This document shows positions 19,393-29,080 of a stretch of DNA of 37,745 nt, piece by piece. The stretch covers positions 1 through 37,745 of the forward strand of contig CAYHAR010000005.1 of NCBI GenBank assembly GCA_964354595.1, in the 5' to 3' direction. A program made the position numbers and the translations under genes. Numbering within the stretch: the stretch's first letter is position 1; each line of letters starts with the position of its first letter. Under the pieces are notes generated by a model, which had not been told where the DNA came from, did not search any database, and was given only the letters and a program-made list of their open reading frames with translations. The stretch is from an uncultured Anaerolineae bacterium (GTDB taxonomy: Bacteria; Chloroflexota; Anaerolineae; Fen-1058).

Positions 19393-19421
19393 ATTATAAC
19401 AAAAGACACCAGAAGTGGCAA
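19393..19421 (-). promoter_or_regulatory. Sigma70 promoter with extended -10
   Basis: TTGCCA, 17-nt spacer ending TGT, then TATAAT. Confidence 0.7.
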
Positions 19422-19448
19422 CAATCGCAAGGAAGGCGAATGCGCCGC

Positions 19449-20564
19449 CTACGCCTCGATCGCTTTCAGCGAAGCGAGCACCCGCTCTGCGGTCGTGGCC
19501 CAATTGAACTGCCCAGCGCGCGCCAGGCCGCGCGTTCGCCATTGCGCGCGCAATGTCTCGTCAAACAGCGCGCGCGCCATCGCTTCCGAGAGGGCCGCCA
19601 CATCCGTCGGATCGGCCACGAGCGCGGCATCTCCTACAACTTCGGGCAGGCTGGTTGTGCTGCTGGCGACCACCGGCGTTCCACAGGCCATCGCCTCTAA
19701 AGCAGGCAGGCCAAAGCCTTCGTACAAAGAGGGATATACCAGCAGCGCCGCCTGACGGTAAAAGGCCGGCAAGTGTTCGGGCGCGACCCGACCGGTGAGC
19801 TGCACCCCCGTTGCTCGCGCACGCTGTTGAAGCTGTGCGCTGCCCCATCGCTCGACGCCCACCCACACCATCCCAGGCAGATCGGCTCTGACCTGACGCA
19901 ACCGCTCATACGCATCCAGCAGCCGTCCCAGATTTTTGCGTGGGTGGATGTTGCCGACCGCCAGAATGTAAGGCGGCTCGATCCCGTACTCGCGAAGGGC
20001 TGCCCGGTCTATTGCCAGGTCGCCTTCTGTCGTAAATTCCCGGCTAACGCCGGGATAGACGACCCTCGTCTTGGGAAGAGCCGACGGATAAAAGCGCTCC
20101 AGTTCGCTGCGCGTGAACTCGGAAAGCGCGATGACGACTTGAGCGCGGCGCACCGCCCAGCCAACCAGCATGGCCATGTATAGAGCAATGTGGATGGGAA
20201 AATAATCTGGGTGAGCGCGAAACGAAAGGTCGTGAATCAACACGCCCGCCCGACACGGGATGACGGGCGGCAGCAGAAAAGTCGAAAGGTACCACTCGGC
20301 TCGCGTGCGCCGCAGGGCCTGCGTCTGTTGCCAGAGATAAGAAGGCCAGCGGCTCCAGGGGCCAGTATCAACAAGGTCGAACCGGCCAGGCCATGACTGG
20401 GCCGAGAGTATCGTCGCCCCGGCCTGGCACGCGATCAGAGTAAGGCGGTCGCCCGAATCAGGCAGTGACCGCAACCCGTCGAGCAGGCCCAATAGATACG
20501 ATTCGTTGCCGCCGCGATTGCGGCCAATCTCGGTCGCGTTGATCGCCACGCGCATGTCCGTCAC
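19449..20564 (-). CDS. GT4 glycosyltransferase (MtfB/WbpY-like)
   Basis: IHDLSF, HPRKN, YEGFGLPALEAMACG; start is GTG 20564 (GTGA overlap) or ATG 20555. Confidence 0.9.
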   Translation of the reverse strand: MTDMRVAINATEIGRNRGGNESYLLGLLDGLRSLPDSGDRLTLIACQAGATILSAQSWPGRFDLVDTGPWSRWPSYLWQQTQALRRTRAEWYLSTFLLPPVIPCRAGVLIHDLSFRAHPDYFPIHIALYMAMLVGWAVRRAQVVIALSEFTRSELERFYPSALPKTRVVYPGVSREFTTEGDLAIDRAALREYGIEPPYILAVGNIHPRKNLGRLLDAYERLRQVRADLPGMVWVGVERWGSAQLQQRARATGVQLTGRVAPEHLPAFYRQAALLVYPSLYEGFGLPALEAMACGTPVVASSTTSLPEVVGDAALVADPTDVAALSEAMARALFDETLRAQWRTRGLARAGQFNWATTAERVLASLKAIEA

Positions 20565-21568
20565 TCGCCGAGGCTTGATTGGGGCGCGTGGATGCGCGCC
20601 CGGATGTGCTTGAAGCGCAATGGGATTTTCCACGGAGGCTCAAGAGGGCGAATCAGCCGCAGGTAATCGTTCGCGCGGGCTGGGCTGTGGCGGCGTTTGC
20701 GGATCATGCGGGGCAAACTCAGCAGGCCCGCCACGCGACCCTCGATGGCGCCTATGTCGCCGCGCGAGAGCAAGCCATACCCTAGCGCGAGCAGGTCGTA
20801 AACCACCAGCAACACGATCCACGCCAGGCGCCAACCACCCGGCATGTTCTTGGCAAACATCCACACCTTGTTGCGGCCCAGCATATAGTTCTTGAAGCGC
20901 GACCCTTCGCCGGAGGTAGCCGAAGCGGCATGATACACGCGCGCAGCAGGCGTATAGAGGCAGCGCCAACCCGCCCGCTGCGCTCGCCAGGCAAGGTCTG
21001 CGTCTTCGGCGTAAAGAAAGAAATCCTCGTCCAATAAACCAATCTCGTTCAGCATGGCGCGCCGATAGAGCGCTGCGCCGCCCGTAGGGCCGAACCGCTC
21101 CTCGATGGCGCTGGCGCTCGGATCATCGAGCTGTCCACCGCGCCAATCCCAGCAGAACCCGGCCCAGTCCAGCGCCAGTCCGGTCGAGTTAATAATATCC
21201 GGCGCATCGGCAAACAACAGTTTGCAGGCAACCATGCCCACCCCGGGGTCGGATTCGGCTGCGGCCACCATTGCTCCCAGCCAGCCTGGCTCTGCCTGCG
21301 TGTCATTGTTCAATATCGCCACGTGTCGGCTATCGCGGGCTCGTATGCCTTGATTGATCGGCGCCGCAAACCCGCGATTGCTCTCGTTGGCAATCACCTC
21401 CACCGTCGGCCAATGCTCCCGCAGCCACTCCACCGAGCCATCGGTCGAGCCGTTATCCACGACGATCACTTGAAAATCGGAATACGTCTGCGCCCGGAGC
21501 GCGTTCAGGCAACGCTCCAGCAAATGGCGACCGTTCCAATTTGGGATGACGACGGCTATCTCGGGCAT
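20561..21568 (-). CDS. GT2 glycosyltransferase (rhamnosyltransferase-like)
   Basis: IPNWNG, VDNGSTDGS, LNND, FFLYAEDADLAWRA; paralog of 21596-22603. Confidence 0.9.
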   Translation of the reverse strand: MPEIAVVIPNWNGRHLLERCLNALRAQTYSDFQVIVVDNGSTDGSVEWLREHWPTVEVIANESNRGFAAPINQGIRARDSRHVAILNNDTQAEPGWLGAMVAAAESDPGVGMVACKLLFADAPDIINSTGLALDWAGFCWDWRGGQLDDPSASAIEERFGPTGGAALYRRAMLNEIGLLDEDFFLYAEDADLAWRAQRAGWRCLYTPAARVYHAASATSGEGSRFKNYMLGRNKVWMFAKNMPGGWRLAWIVLLVVYDLLALGYGLLSRGDIGAIEGRVAGLLSLPRMIRKRRHSPARANDYLRLIRPLEPPWKIPLRFKHIRARIHAPQSSLGE

Positions 21569-21595
21569 AAACACAGACCAGCGCAAAGCTTTCAG

Positions 21596-22603
21596 CTACT
21601 TGATGCGCTCCGCCACGTGCCGCGTGCGCTCGTTGACCCGCCAGACCGCCGTCATCGGTGACATGCCATCGGGCCACCGGGAGCGGCGAACCGGGTTGCC
21701 GGGCAGATGGCGCTGGCGCCAGGCGACGCGCCAGCGCCACAGCCCATGCAAACGCCCCCGTATGTTGTGCCAATTTCCTCGCAGCACCTGGCGCAGCGAC
21801 AGTGTGCCCACATCATACAGCACAGCCAGCGGGAGATAGAGCAAGCCCACCGGCAACGGATAGTTCTTGATCAACAGCCAGACCTTGTTGCGCCCCGAGT
21901 GAAAATCCTTGAACGGCGAACCTTCCACGCCGCTCGCCGAGTGGTGATGATAGACGCGCGCTGCCGGCACATACAGGCAACGCCATCCGGCCAGGCGCGC
22001 GCGCCAGGCTAAATCTACGTCCTCAAAGTACATGAAAAAATCTGGATCAAAGTCGCCGATTTGATCAAACATGGCCCGTCGGTAAAGGGCCGCCCCGGCG
22101 CAAGCTCCAAATACCTCGGTCGATTCTGTGTCTCGGTCTGCGTCTGGTTCTCCTCCACGCCGGTCCCAGGCAATGCCCATCTTGTCCACGCAAATGCCGG
22201 TTGAGTTGATCATGTGGGGATTGTCGGCAAAGAGCATCTTGGAGGCGCAGGCGCCCAGGCTCGGGTCGCCGTCCATCACCTGCACCAGCTCGGCCAGCCA
22301 GTTCGGCTCGACGCGGGTATCGTTGTTCAGCGTGGCGATGAACTCGGACCGGCTGGCGTGGATGGCCTGGTTGTTGCCCGCCGCAAAGCCCAGGTTCACC
22401 GGGTTGCGAATCAGGCGCACGGCCGGAAACTGCTCGGCCACCCAATCGGCTGAGCCGTCGTCAGAGCCATTATCTACCAGGATGATTTCATAATCCGAGT
22501 ACGTCTGATCTAGCACTGTCGGCAGGCAGTCTTGCAGAAAACGTTTTCCGTTCCAGTTGACAATGATGATCGAGACGCGAGGCGTTGGCCGGGGCTCTGT
22601 CAC
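21596..22603 (-). CDS. GT2 glycosyltransferase (rhamnosyltransferase-like)
   Basis: IVNWNG, VDNGSDDGS, LNND, FFMYFEDVDLAWRA; GTG 22603 follows an AAAGGT RBS. Confidence 0.9.
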   Translation of the reverse strand: MTEPRPTPRVSIIIVNWNGKRFLQDCLPTVLDQTYSDYEIILVDNGSDDGSADWVAEQFPAVRLIRNPVNLGFAAGNNQAIHASRSEFIATLNNDTRVEPNWLAELVQVMDGDPSLGACASKMLFADNPHMINSTGICVDKMGIAWDRRGGEPDADRDTESTEVFGACAGAALYRRAMFDQIGDFDPDFFMYFEDVDLAWRARLAGWRCLYVPAARVYHHHSASGVEGSPFKDFHSGRNKVWLLIKNYPLPVGLLYLPLAVLYDVGTLSLRQVLRGNWHNIRGRLHGLWRWRVAWRQRHLPGNPVRRSRWPDGMSPMTAVWRVNERTRHVAERIK

Positions 22604-22654
22604 GCTGTTGCTACCTTTCTCATCAGAAGGCCTGGGATCGCGCAACCGGTCGCT

Positions 22655-24430
22655 TCAGTTAGTCAAGACGAAAGGCACATCGCTATACCAGCGGGCTGTG
22701 TTGTAGCCATCGGTTATTTCGGCCATGATGTAATAGGCGCCAGCCGATACCCCGGCCGTGTTCCATATCACCTTGGTCCCAGTCGGCGTTAGACCAGGCG
22801 GGGGATAACCCTGCACGACGAGGGGCAAATAAACACACACCGGGCCGCATGGGCTTGGTGCTGGAGCCGTGTAAACTTGGACCAGCGTCTTGCCGTTGGA
22901 CGGGTTAGTGTCGGCGTCATAATACAACGTCACCGTCACACCGGATGTTTCGGATAACTCGTACCAGATGGGCACCTGCGAGTTGATCCTGCCGGTGGGA
23001 TTGCCGGTGAGCAAGGCATAGTCAATGTGAAAAGTCCAGGGCACGCCCCGGATGTTTTCGTTCGGGTCAAAGCGGAACACACCCCACGACCCGGCTTGCC
23101 ACGGAGTACCGCCCGGCTCCAAGATCGCCTTAGTCAGGTCAAGCGTATACGTGTTCCAGCCAGGATAGATAACAATGTCATCGGTTGTCGTATGCAGACT
23201 GCCAGCCGAGGCAGCCCAAAGAGCGCGCGCCACCCAGCCGCCGTACAGGTCCCAGTTTCCTTCCAGCCACATCCGGACGCTAAAGTATTTGTACTTGCTG
23301 GTATCCACGGTCACCGGCGTGTTAAAGCGCAGGCGAGGGTCTCCGCCAGTGTTGGTGGCGTTAAACTGCCCTCCGGAGAACTGGTAACTGTCGAGGCCCA
23401 GGATAGACTTGAAGGCATTCGAATTGTCCATGTTCCACGGAACGCCAGCGTTAGTGGCGTAATCAGGCCCGGTGAGGTAGCTGGGATGGGTGACCCACAG
23501 CATCGGCGTCCCTTTGACGGTGAGGGTTCCACCGCTGTAAACGGTCGAGCTGCCATACTTGCCACACACGTAATAGTTGCCCGGCGCAATGTTGACCGGA
23601 AGCGGATAAGGCAGACCCGAAGGGCCACCCAGCGCAGCGCCCCAGGTGAAGGTGCCCGACGAAGATGGCGATGAGATAGATGCGATTTGTGGTCCGTCAC
23701 AACCGGACGTGTCCTCGTCCAGGTAGAGGCCCAAGCTGGAACCAGATACCCCGCTCCAACCGAGAGGAAGCATGTGCGTGGTGTCCAAGGGCGTGAGCCG
23801 CACCCAGTCAAGCTGCATGTCCACGCCAGCCGTCTTGATCGGATTGAGGCGCAGCCCAGTGACTGTGCCACTCCAGCCCGTGGCGCCTCCATAGTTGCCC
23901 CCCACATAGTTCAGCAGATCAACCGTATAGACGTGCCAACCTGTCTGGATGCTGATCCAGTTGGACCAGGCATACTTTGAATAAATTGGATCGTAGAACC
24001 AGTATATGTTCGCCAATCCTGCTACACTTGAATACATACGAAAGGAAAAGAAGCGGTATTTGCTGGCGTCAATCGGGTCCGCGACGCCGGTCTTGCCAAT
24101 GTTCTGGGCGCTGCCGTATCCCTGGTGCAGCACCCAGAAATATGGATCGGCGGTGGCAGTGCGAAAGCTCATAATTCCGCCGCTGAAGGCAACGTTCGAG
24201 ATGTTATTTATTTCCCAGACATCGCTGCTTTCGTTCATGTCCCACGGGTCGCGCAAGACGACGGTGGCAAAATCGTCTCCTCCGCCGACAGTGCTGCCAC
24301 TGGGAAAAGTGATGCTGGCCTGGGGCGTAGCTTGGGATGGTGTAGTCGTTCCCAAAAGCGAGAGCATGAGTAGGATGGCTAGAGAAAAGCCAATGGGCCG
24401 GGCCAAGTTGAGATGGCCGAGTGTTCTCAT
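22655..24430 (-). CDS. Secreted protein with two tandem CBM-like plus Ig-like units
   Basis: GGAGG RBS before ATG 24430; signal peptide. Duplicated motifs DFAT..DPWDM/DYAT..PWNM, IDASKYRFFSFRM/VDTSKYKYFSVRM, GWHVYTVDL/GWNTYTLDL, LDWVRLT/IDYALLT. Confidence 0.75.
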   Translation of the reverse strand: MRTLGHLNLARPIGFSLAILLMLSLLGTTTPSQATPQASITFPSGSTVGGGDDFATVVLRDPWDMNESSDVWEINNISNVAFSGGIMSFRTATADPYFWVLHQGYGSAQNIGKTGVADPIDASKYRFFSFRMYSSVAGLANIYWFYDPIYSKYAWSNWISIQTGWHVYTVDLLNYVGGNYGGATGWSGTVTGLRLNPIKTAGVDMQLDWVRLTPLDTTHMLPLGWSGVSGSSLGLYLDEDTSGCDGPQIASISSPSSSGTFTWGAALGGPSGLPYPLPVNIAPGNYYVCGKYGSSTVYSGGTLTVKGTPMLWVTHPSYLTGPDYATNAGVPWNMDNSNAFKSILGLDSYQFSGGQFNATNTGGDPRLRFNTPVTVDTSKYKYFSVRMWLEGNWDLYGGWVARALWAASAGSLHTTTDDIVIYPGWNTYTLDLTKAILEPGGTPWQAGSWGVFRFDPNENIRGVPWTFHIDYALLTGNPTGRINSQVPIWYELSETSGVTVTLYYDADTNPSNGKTLVQVYTAPAPSPCGPVCVYLPLVVQGYPPPGLTPTGTKVIWNTAGVSAGAYYIMAEITDGYNTARWYSDVPFVLTN

Positions 24431-24605
24431 TTTGCTTGCCTCCATTGCAATTTACTTTTGCCTGGCTTCTGCCGACGCGCGGCGCAGAGCGCGCGTCGGC
24501 CCCGAGGTTCCCAAGAACCATGGACGGGCGCGAGCGTCGGGGCGTGCGGAGGACCAGGTGACGTCTCGTGTCCGACCGTTTTGCGTCAGGCTGCCTGACG
24601 ATTAC

Positions 24606-24635
24606 AGTTTACACCGGCACGTCTGTCGGTGTCAA
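24606..24635 (-). promoter_or_regulatory. Sigma70-type promoter with palindromic spacer
   Basis: TTGACA, 18-nt spacer, TAAACT; overlapped by an imperfect inverted repeat at 24608-24635. Confidence 0.55.
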
Positions 24636-24707
24636 TAGCTTGATGGTCACACCCGCCTGATCCACAAACGGGTGTCACGATGAAGAGTTGCCAAGAAACC
24701 CGACCGA

Positions 24708-25568
24708 TCATGAGGCGGGTTTTTCCGCTTGGGCGAAGAGTATATCGCCCCATGCCCGGTGGGCGATCTGCTGGTGAAAGCGGCTCAGTCGGCGCACCAG
24801 GTGTTGCGCCAGGCGGACGCGTAGCGTTTTTGTGTGAATCTGGTCAGGATTGAGGGCGCTATTGGTGCGCACATCTATATTGACGAAACCCGTTCGTTCG
24901 AGCATGGCGCACAGTGTCTGCGGTGTAAAGTAAAAGAGGTGCTCCCCTGGGCTTAACACCGACCATTCGCGCCCGACCAACTTGTAAGCCAGGCTATTGA
25001 AATTAGGGGTAGTGATGGATAGGACACCTCCTGGTCGAAGCACGCGATGGATCTCCTTGAGATCGGCCATCGGGTCGAGCAGGTGTTCGATGGTCTCCTG
25101 CAACGTCACGACATCATAGCGATGGTCGGGCAAGTTGGATTCGGTCATGCGGCCCTGTATCACATCCAGGCCCAATCGGGAGCGAGCGAATTCCACGCCG
25201 CCGCTGGCGATTTCTACTCCCTGGACTTGCCAGCCATCGCGCTGTGCCACGTGTAAAAAGAGGCCAGCCCCGGCGCCCACGTCAAGCAGCCAGTTCGTTT
25301 GCCGGTAGGGGCGCAACTCGTCTAATGTGGGCAGATATCGCCGATACAACTCTTCCGAATTGACCTGATCGGCGCGCACGCCCCAACTCGGCAGATATTC
25401 CTGCTCAAAGTACTCGCGGCTGTAACGACCCCAGATAAAGTCCAGTGACGGGCGTGGATTGGTGTAGACCAGAGAGCACTGGCGGCAGCGCACGACGGTC
25501 AAATTAAACTTGGCCGCGATGACCGCGCCGTCGTCGGCCAGGCAGAGGTTACACCGGATATATTCCAT
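24708..25568 (-). CDS. Class I SAM-dependent methyltransferase with N-terminal Cys4 motif
   Basis: CNLC...CRQC; LLDVGAGAG; YDVVTLQETIEHL; LRPGG. Confidence 0.9.
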   Translation of the reverse strand: MEYIRCNLCLADDGAVIAAKFNLTVVRCRQCSLVYTNPRPSLDFIWGRYSREYFEQEYLPSWGVRADQVNSEELYRRYLPTLDELRPYRQTNWLLDVGAGAGLFLHVAQRDGWQVQGVEIASGGVEFARSRLGLDVIQGRMTESNLPDHRYDVVTLQETIEHLLDPMADLKEIHRVLRPGGVLSITTPNFNSLAYKLVGREWSVLSPGEHLFYFTPQTLCAMLERTGFVNIDVRTNSALNPDQIHTKTLRVRLAQHLVRRLSRFHQQIAHRAWGDILFAQAEKPAS

Positions 25569-25580
25569 TTCGCCCCTGTG

Positions 25581-26387
25581 TTATCTGTGTCGCAGCCAGG
25601 TGAGGTAACCACGGACTTGTCTGGTCAGAGCCTCTCCGCCTTGATACCACAGAGTATTCCAAGCGCGACCGGGCAAACGCCACAGGGAAGTCGGCGCAGG
25701 TTTCTGTCCTGGCTCGCCGGACTTTGTAACGTAAGCAATCACGTCACCGCCGAACGAGTCCAGGTCTTTGAACCGGACCTGCTCCGCGCCCAATAGCTGG
25801 ACGAACTTGATTTCCAACTCTTCGCGAGTGTAAAACACGTGCCAATGACATTCTTCGCCCTTGCAGATCATCTCACATACTTTACTATAGTCGCCATAAC
25901 CGATGTGCGGCGCTCTCTTCCAGGTAATAAAATGCAAAGCCGCCTTTCCCTTGGGTTTCAGGACTCGCATGATCTCGGCCAGAAGCAGAAAGGCCGCATG
26001 TTCCTCTATGTGCTGGATGCACGCGGTGCTATACACTTTGTCAAACACATGGTCCTCAAAGGGTATCGTCCTTCCATCGTAACGTTGCCAGGAGAGGGCT
26101 GGATGAGACAATCGCTTTTGAGCCAGTTCGAGTGTCGCCTCTGAAATATCGAGGCCAACTATCTTCTTGACCTGGCAGCGGCTTAAAAGCTCTTCGATGA
26201 TGTATCCGACCCCACAACCAAAATCCAGCACAATATCCTCTGCTCCAAAGAAGCCCGGCGGGAACATGGCTTTACAATAACCCTCTGCGCGCGCTTTTAA
26301 TTCTTCAGGAGTCATCACTCCGTCATGGCTTTTCACATTAAACTCACCCAGCGAATACGGCTTTATCCATGTATCTTGGTAGCTCAT
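25581..26387 (-). CDS. Class I SAM-dependent methyltransferase
   Basis: VLDFGCGVG, GLDIS, FDKVYS, LKPKG; start revised to ATG 26387 (GGAGG RBS). Confidence 0.88.
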   Translation of the reverse strand: MSYQDTWIKPYSLGEFNVKSHDGVMTPEELKARAEGYCKAMFPPGFFGAEDIVLDFGCGVGYIIEELLSRCQVKKIVGLDISEATLELAQKRLSHPALSWQRYDGRTIPFEDHVFDKVYSTACIQHIEEHAAFLLLAEIMRVLKPKGKAALHFITWKRAPHIGYGDYSKVCEMICKGEECHWHVFYTREELEIKFVQLLGAEQVRFKDLDSFGGDVIAYVTKSGEPGQKPAPTSLWRLPGRAWNTLWYQGGEALTRQVRGYLTWLRHR

Positions 26388-26475
26388 CCTTCCTCCATGG
26401 CGTGGGTTGTGAGGGCGGGGACGTCTATTCACCAACGCGCCTATGAACAACAGCATCCGACCGACTCTTTGCGCC

Positions 26476-27783
26476 TTATTGGTGTCTCATCCATGTGAGA
26501 TAAGAGCGAATTTCTTTGACCAAGGCAGCTCCGCCCTGGTACCACAGGATGCCGAATGTGCGAATAGGCAGTCGCCACCAAGGAGTCGGCTCGACCATCT
26601 TTTGTGCCGCCCCAGCCGGCATTGGGAGCCGGGGGCCGGTGCGCGCCCGATAGGCAGGCTTGCCATCTCCTTGCTCGAACCGGTCGGCGTTGCTAGGCGG
26701 CCGGGTCTTGCGCTTTTGGCCGACCAGCGTCACGCACTCGACTCCGTCCGGGAAAGCGCGTTTCATGACCGCGTTCAAGATGCTGATGGTGCGCTCAGCG
26801 TGGGCCAGGCTCTCGGGCGACTTGTCACACGCCAGATAGTAGAGATCGCGGAAACGATCCAGAAAGATATAGCGGTAGTCTGCCATGTCAATGTGAAAAT
26901 ATTTCTCGACGGAGGGGATGATGGCCCATTCGCTGCAATCTTCGTTGACGGAAGCCACGCCGGGAGGAATAGGAACCGACTTGATGCGCTCGTCTCGATA
27001 GCGCGGAAAGATGGCCTCTTGCGCCCAGTCGAGAAGCGCGGCGGCGACCAGGTTGGCTTTATGATTGTTCTGAATATGCTCGTCAATCGCGATGCAGCCA
27101 TTCATTTTGATGCTGTCGTACACACTCTGCATCAACTGGTCGAGGTCCGGCACGTGATGGAGCGAATGAAAGGCGAACACGACGTCCAAGCTTTCCGGCT
27201 TGAACCGCAGGTTGCCCATCGCAGCGCAGATGCACTCCAGGAAAACGCCTTGCTTCATCGCGTACTCTTTGGCCGTGCGCATGTTTTCCAGGCCCGGATC
27301 ATACGTGACCACGTCAAAGCCGCAGCGGGCCAGGTAAAACGAAGTCCAGCCGCTGCCGGAGCCGATGTCGAGCAATCGCCCGCCGCGCGCGACCAAAAGA
27401 TGTTCGGCCAACCGGGCAACCCCGGCTACCCGCTGCCGCTCTGTATGAGGGGCAGCCTCTCCCACCTGGTAAGGCAAAAAGCCGGGCACGTCGCCCCGCG
27501 AGTCCACATAGCCGGTATAGCCCTGGTCATAGTGCCAGCGATAAAAGGTTCCCCAATACTCGCCGTCCTTCTTGACGCTTTCTGGCATCAGGTCATACAA
27601 GGAGAGCACATAGTCAGCGATGGGCCAAGTCCGTTGGCATTCGCGGCAGACGACCTGTCCCTCCCTGACCTCTTCAACCTCTCGCTCGCCGTAGCGCACC
27701 TGTTCAGTTTGCGCCTGATGCAAAGCCAGACGGTCAGCGCCGCAGACAGGGCACAACATCAATTCGACTAGTTCGGCTCTCAT
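26476..27783 (-). CDS. SAM methyltransferase with N-terminal Trm112-like Zn-ribbon
   Basis: 'ELMLCPVCG...EGQVVCREC...WPI'; LLDIGSGSG; SLHHVPD; start revised to ATG 27783. Confidence 0.85.
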   Translation of the reverse strand: MRAELVELMLCPVCGADRLALHQAQTEQVRYGEREVEEVREGQVVCRECQRTWPIADYVLSLYDLMPESVKKDGEYWGTFYRWHYDQGYTGYVDSRGDVPGFLPYQVGEAAPHTERQRVAGVARLAEHLLVARGGRLLDIGSGSGWTSFYLARCGFDVVTYDPGLENMRTAKEYAMKQGVFLECICAAMGNLRFKPESLDVVFAFHSLHHVPDLDQLMQSVYDSIKMNGCIAIDEHIQNNHKANLVAAALLDWAQEAIFPRYRDERIKSVPIPPGVASVNEDCSEWAIIPSVEKYFHIDMADYRYIFLDRFRDLYYLACDKSPESLAHAERTISILNAVMKRAFPDGVECVTLVGQKRKTRPPSNADRFEQGDGKPAYRARTGPRLPMPAGAAQKMVEPTPWWRLPIRTFGILWYQGGAALVKEIRSYLTWMRHQ

Positions 27784-27790
27784 CGTGTTC

Positions 27791-29080
27791 TCACTCCACG
27801 GGACCAAACTGTTGGTCAAGCTGGAATAGAGTGACCAGTTTTTTCTGCACCTGCTCGTAGCCGGGATCAATAAAGTTGGGCTGATACGGGACGCCAAAGA
27901 GATGCACGATCTCGCCATCAGCCCGACGACGGGCGGCCTGCACCCGCTGCCGCTTGGCCAACATCACGGGATAAAAGCGAGCCACGTCGCTGCCGGCGAC
28001 CAGTAGGCTGTAGGCCGTGCTGGGAATCTCTATCAGGTCATCATCCGTCAGGCGAGGCAGCCAAGAAGACAGCACTCGTCCGGGCCCACCGCGCCGACGC
28101 AGCTCCGCTCGCGTTTTCGACCAAAGCGCGCACATTCCTTCCTGGCGCAACGTGCGCCACGCTTCGCGCCAGTAATACTCTGCGGTATAAACCGGCTGAG
28201 CCGGTTGCGGCGGCATCGTGGGGCGGCGCTCCACTCGGAATGCTGCCGGGTCGAACCCGGGGCGCGCGTAGAGATAGGCCCGTTCCAGCATCAGGAGCAA
28301 CGCGACCGGCAACACTCGCACCAGGTTTTCGTCGCCGTAATTCTTGATGAGCGAATAGAGCGCGTTGCGCTCGTAGAGAACCAGCTTGCGCTCTTGTCCG
28401 ACTTGACCCCAGTAACCATGATGAACGTGATAGGAGACCGAGCGGCCGGCCAGCATCGCTCGGTAACCCATCACCCACAGCCGCCAGCCCAGGTCGGTAT
28501 CTTCAAAGTAGGCAAAAAAATCTTCGTCAAAGCCGCCAACGTCGAGAAAGACCTGGCGATTCACCAGCATCGCGCCTCCGCACGGCGCGAGAATCTCTCG
28601 ATCCTCTGTATAATCGTCAACACGCTCGTCGCCATAGCCGATCTGCCAACCGTGGCCGTAGAAATTATGGAGTGAACCGGCAAAGTCAATTCGCTTGCCA
28701 TCCCAACTCAGTATCCGCGAGCCGACGGCGACCACGTCGTCCGCGGCCAGCACCGGCTTGACCAACTCGGTCAGCCAAGTCGGCTCGACCCGCATATCGT
28801 TGTTCAGAAGGGCAACATATTCTCCTTTGGCTTCAGCCGCGGCCAGGTTGTTGGCCCGCGAAAAGCCATAGTTGTGCGGCAAGGCGACGATCCGCACTTG
28901 TGGAAAGTGCTTTTGCGCAAACTTGCGCGAGTCGTCCGTCGAGGCATTGTCCGCCAGAATCAATTCCAGCCGGTCGGTCGGATAGTCCAGCGCCAGCAGC
29001 GAACGAAAGCAAGGCTCCAGGTGTTGCACGCCGTTGTAGTTGAGGACGATCACGCTGACATGAGGCCAGTCCACGCTCAA
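27791..29080 (-). CDS. GT2 glycosyltransferase with C-terminal extension
   Basis: VLNYNG, DNASTD, LNND, FFAYFEDTDLGWR; TTG 29080 with GGAG RBS overlaps the upstream TGA. Confidence 0.9.
   Translation of the reverse strand: MSVDWPHVSVIVLNYNGVQHLEPCFRSLLALDYPTDRLELILADNASTDDSRKFAQKHFPQVRIVALPHNYGFSRANNLAAAEAKGEYVALLNNDMRVEPTWLTELVKPVLAADDVVAVGSRILSWDGKRIDFAGSLHNFYGHGWQIGYGDERVDDYTEDREILAPCGGAMLVNRQVFLDVGGFDEDFFAYFEDTDLGWRLWVMGYRAMLAGRSVSYHVHHGYWGQVGQERKLVLYERNALYSLIKNYGDENLVRVLPVALLLMLERAYLYARPGFDPAAFRVERRPTMPPQPAQPVYTAEYYWREAWRTLRQEGMCALWSKTRAELRRRGGPGRVLSSWLPRLTDDDLIEIPSTAYSLLVAGSDVARFYPVMLAKRQRVQAARRRADGEIVHLFGVPYQPNFIDPGYEQVQKKLVTLFQLDQQFGPVE

Noticed and set aside
24560-24600. c-di-GMP-I riboswitch (GACGCAAA)
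   Set aside because: It lacks the GGCAAA...GAAA tetraloop stem and receptor.
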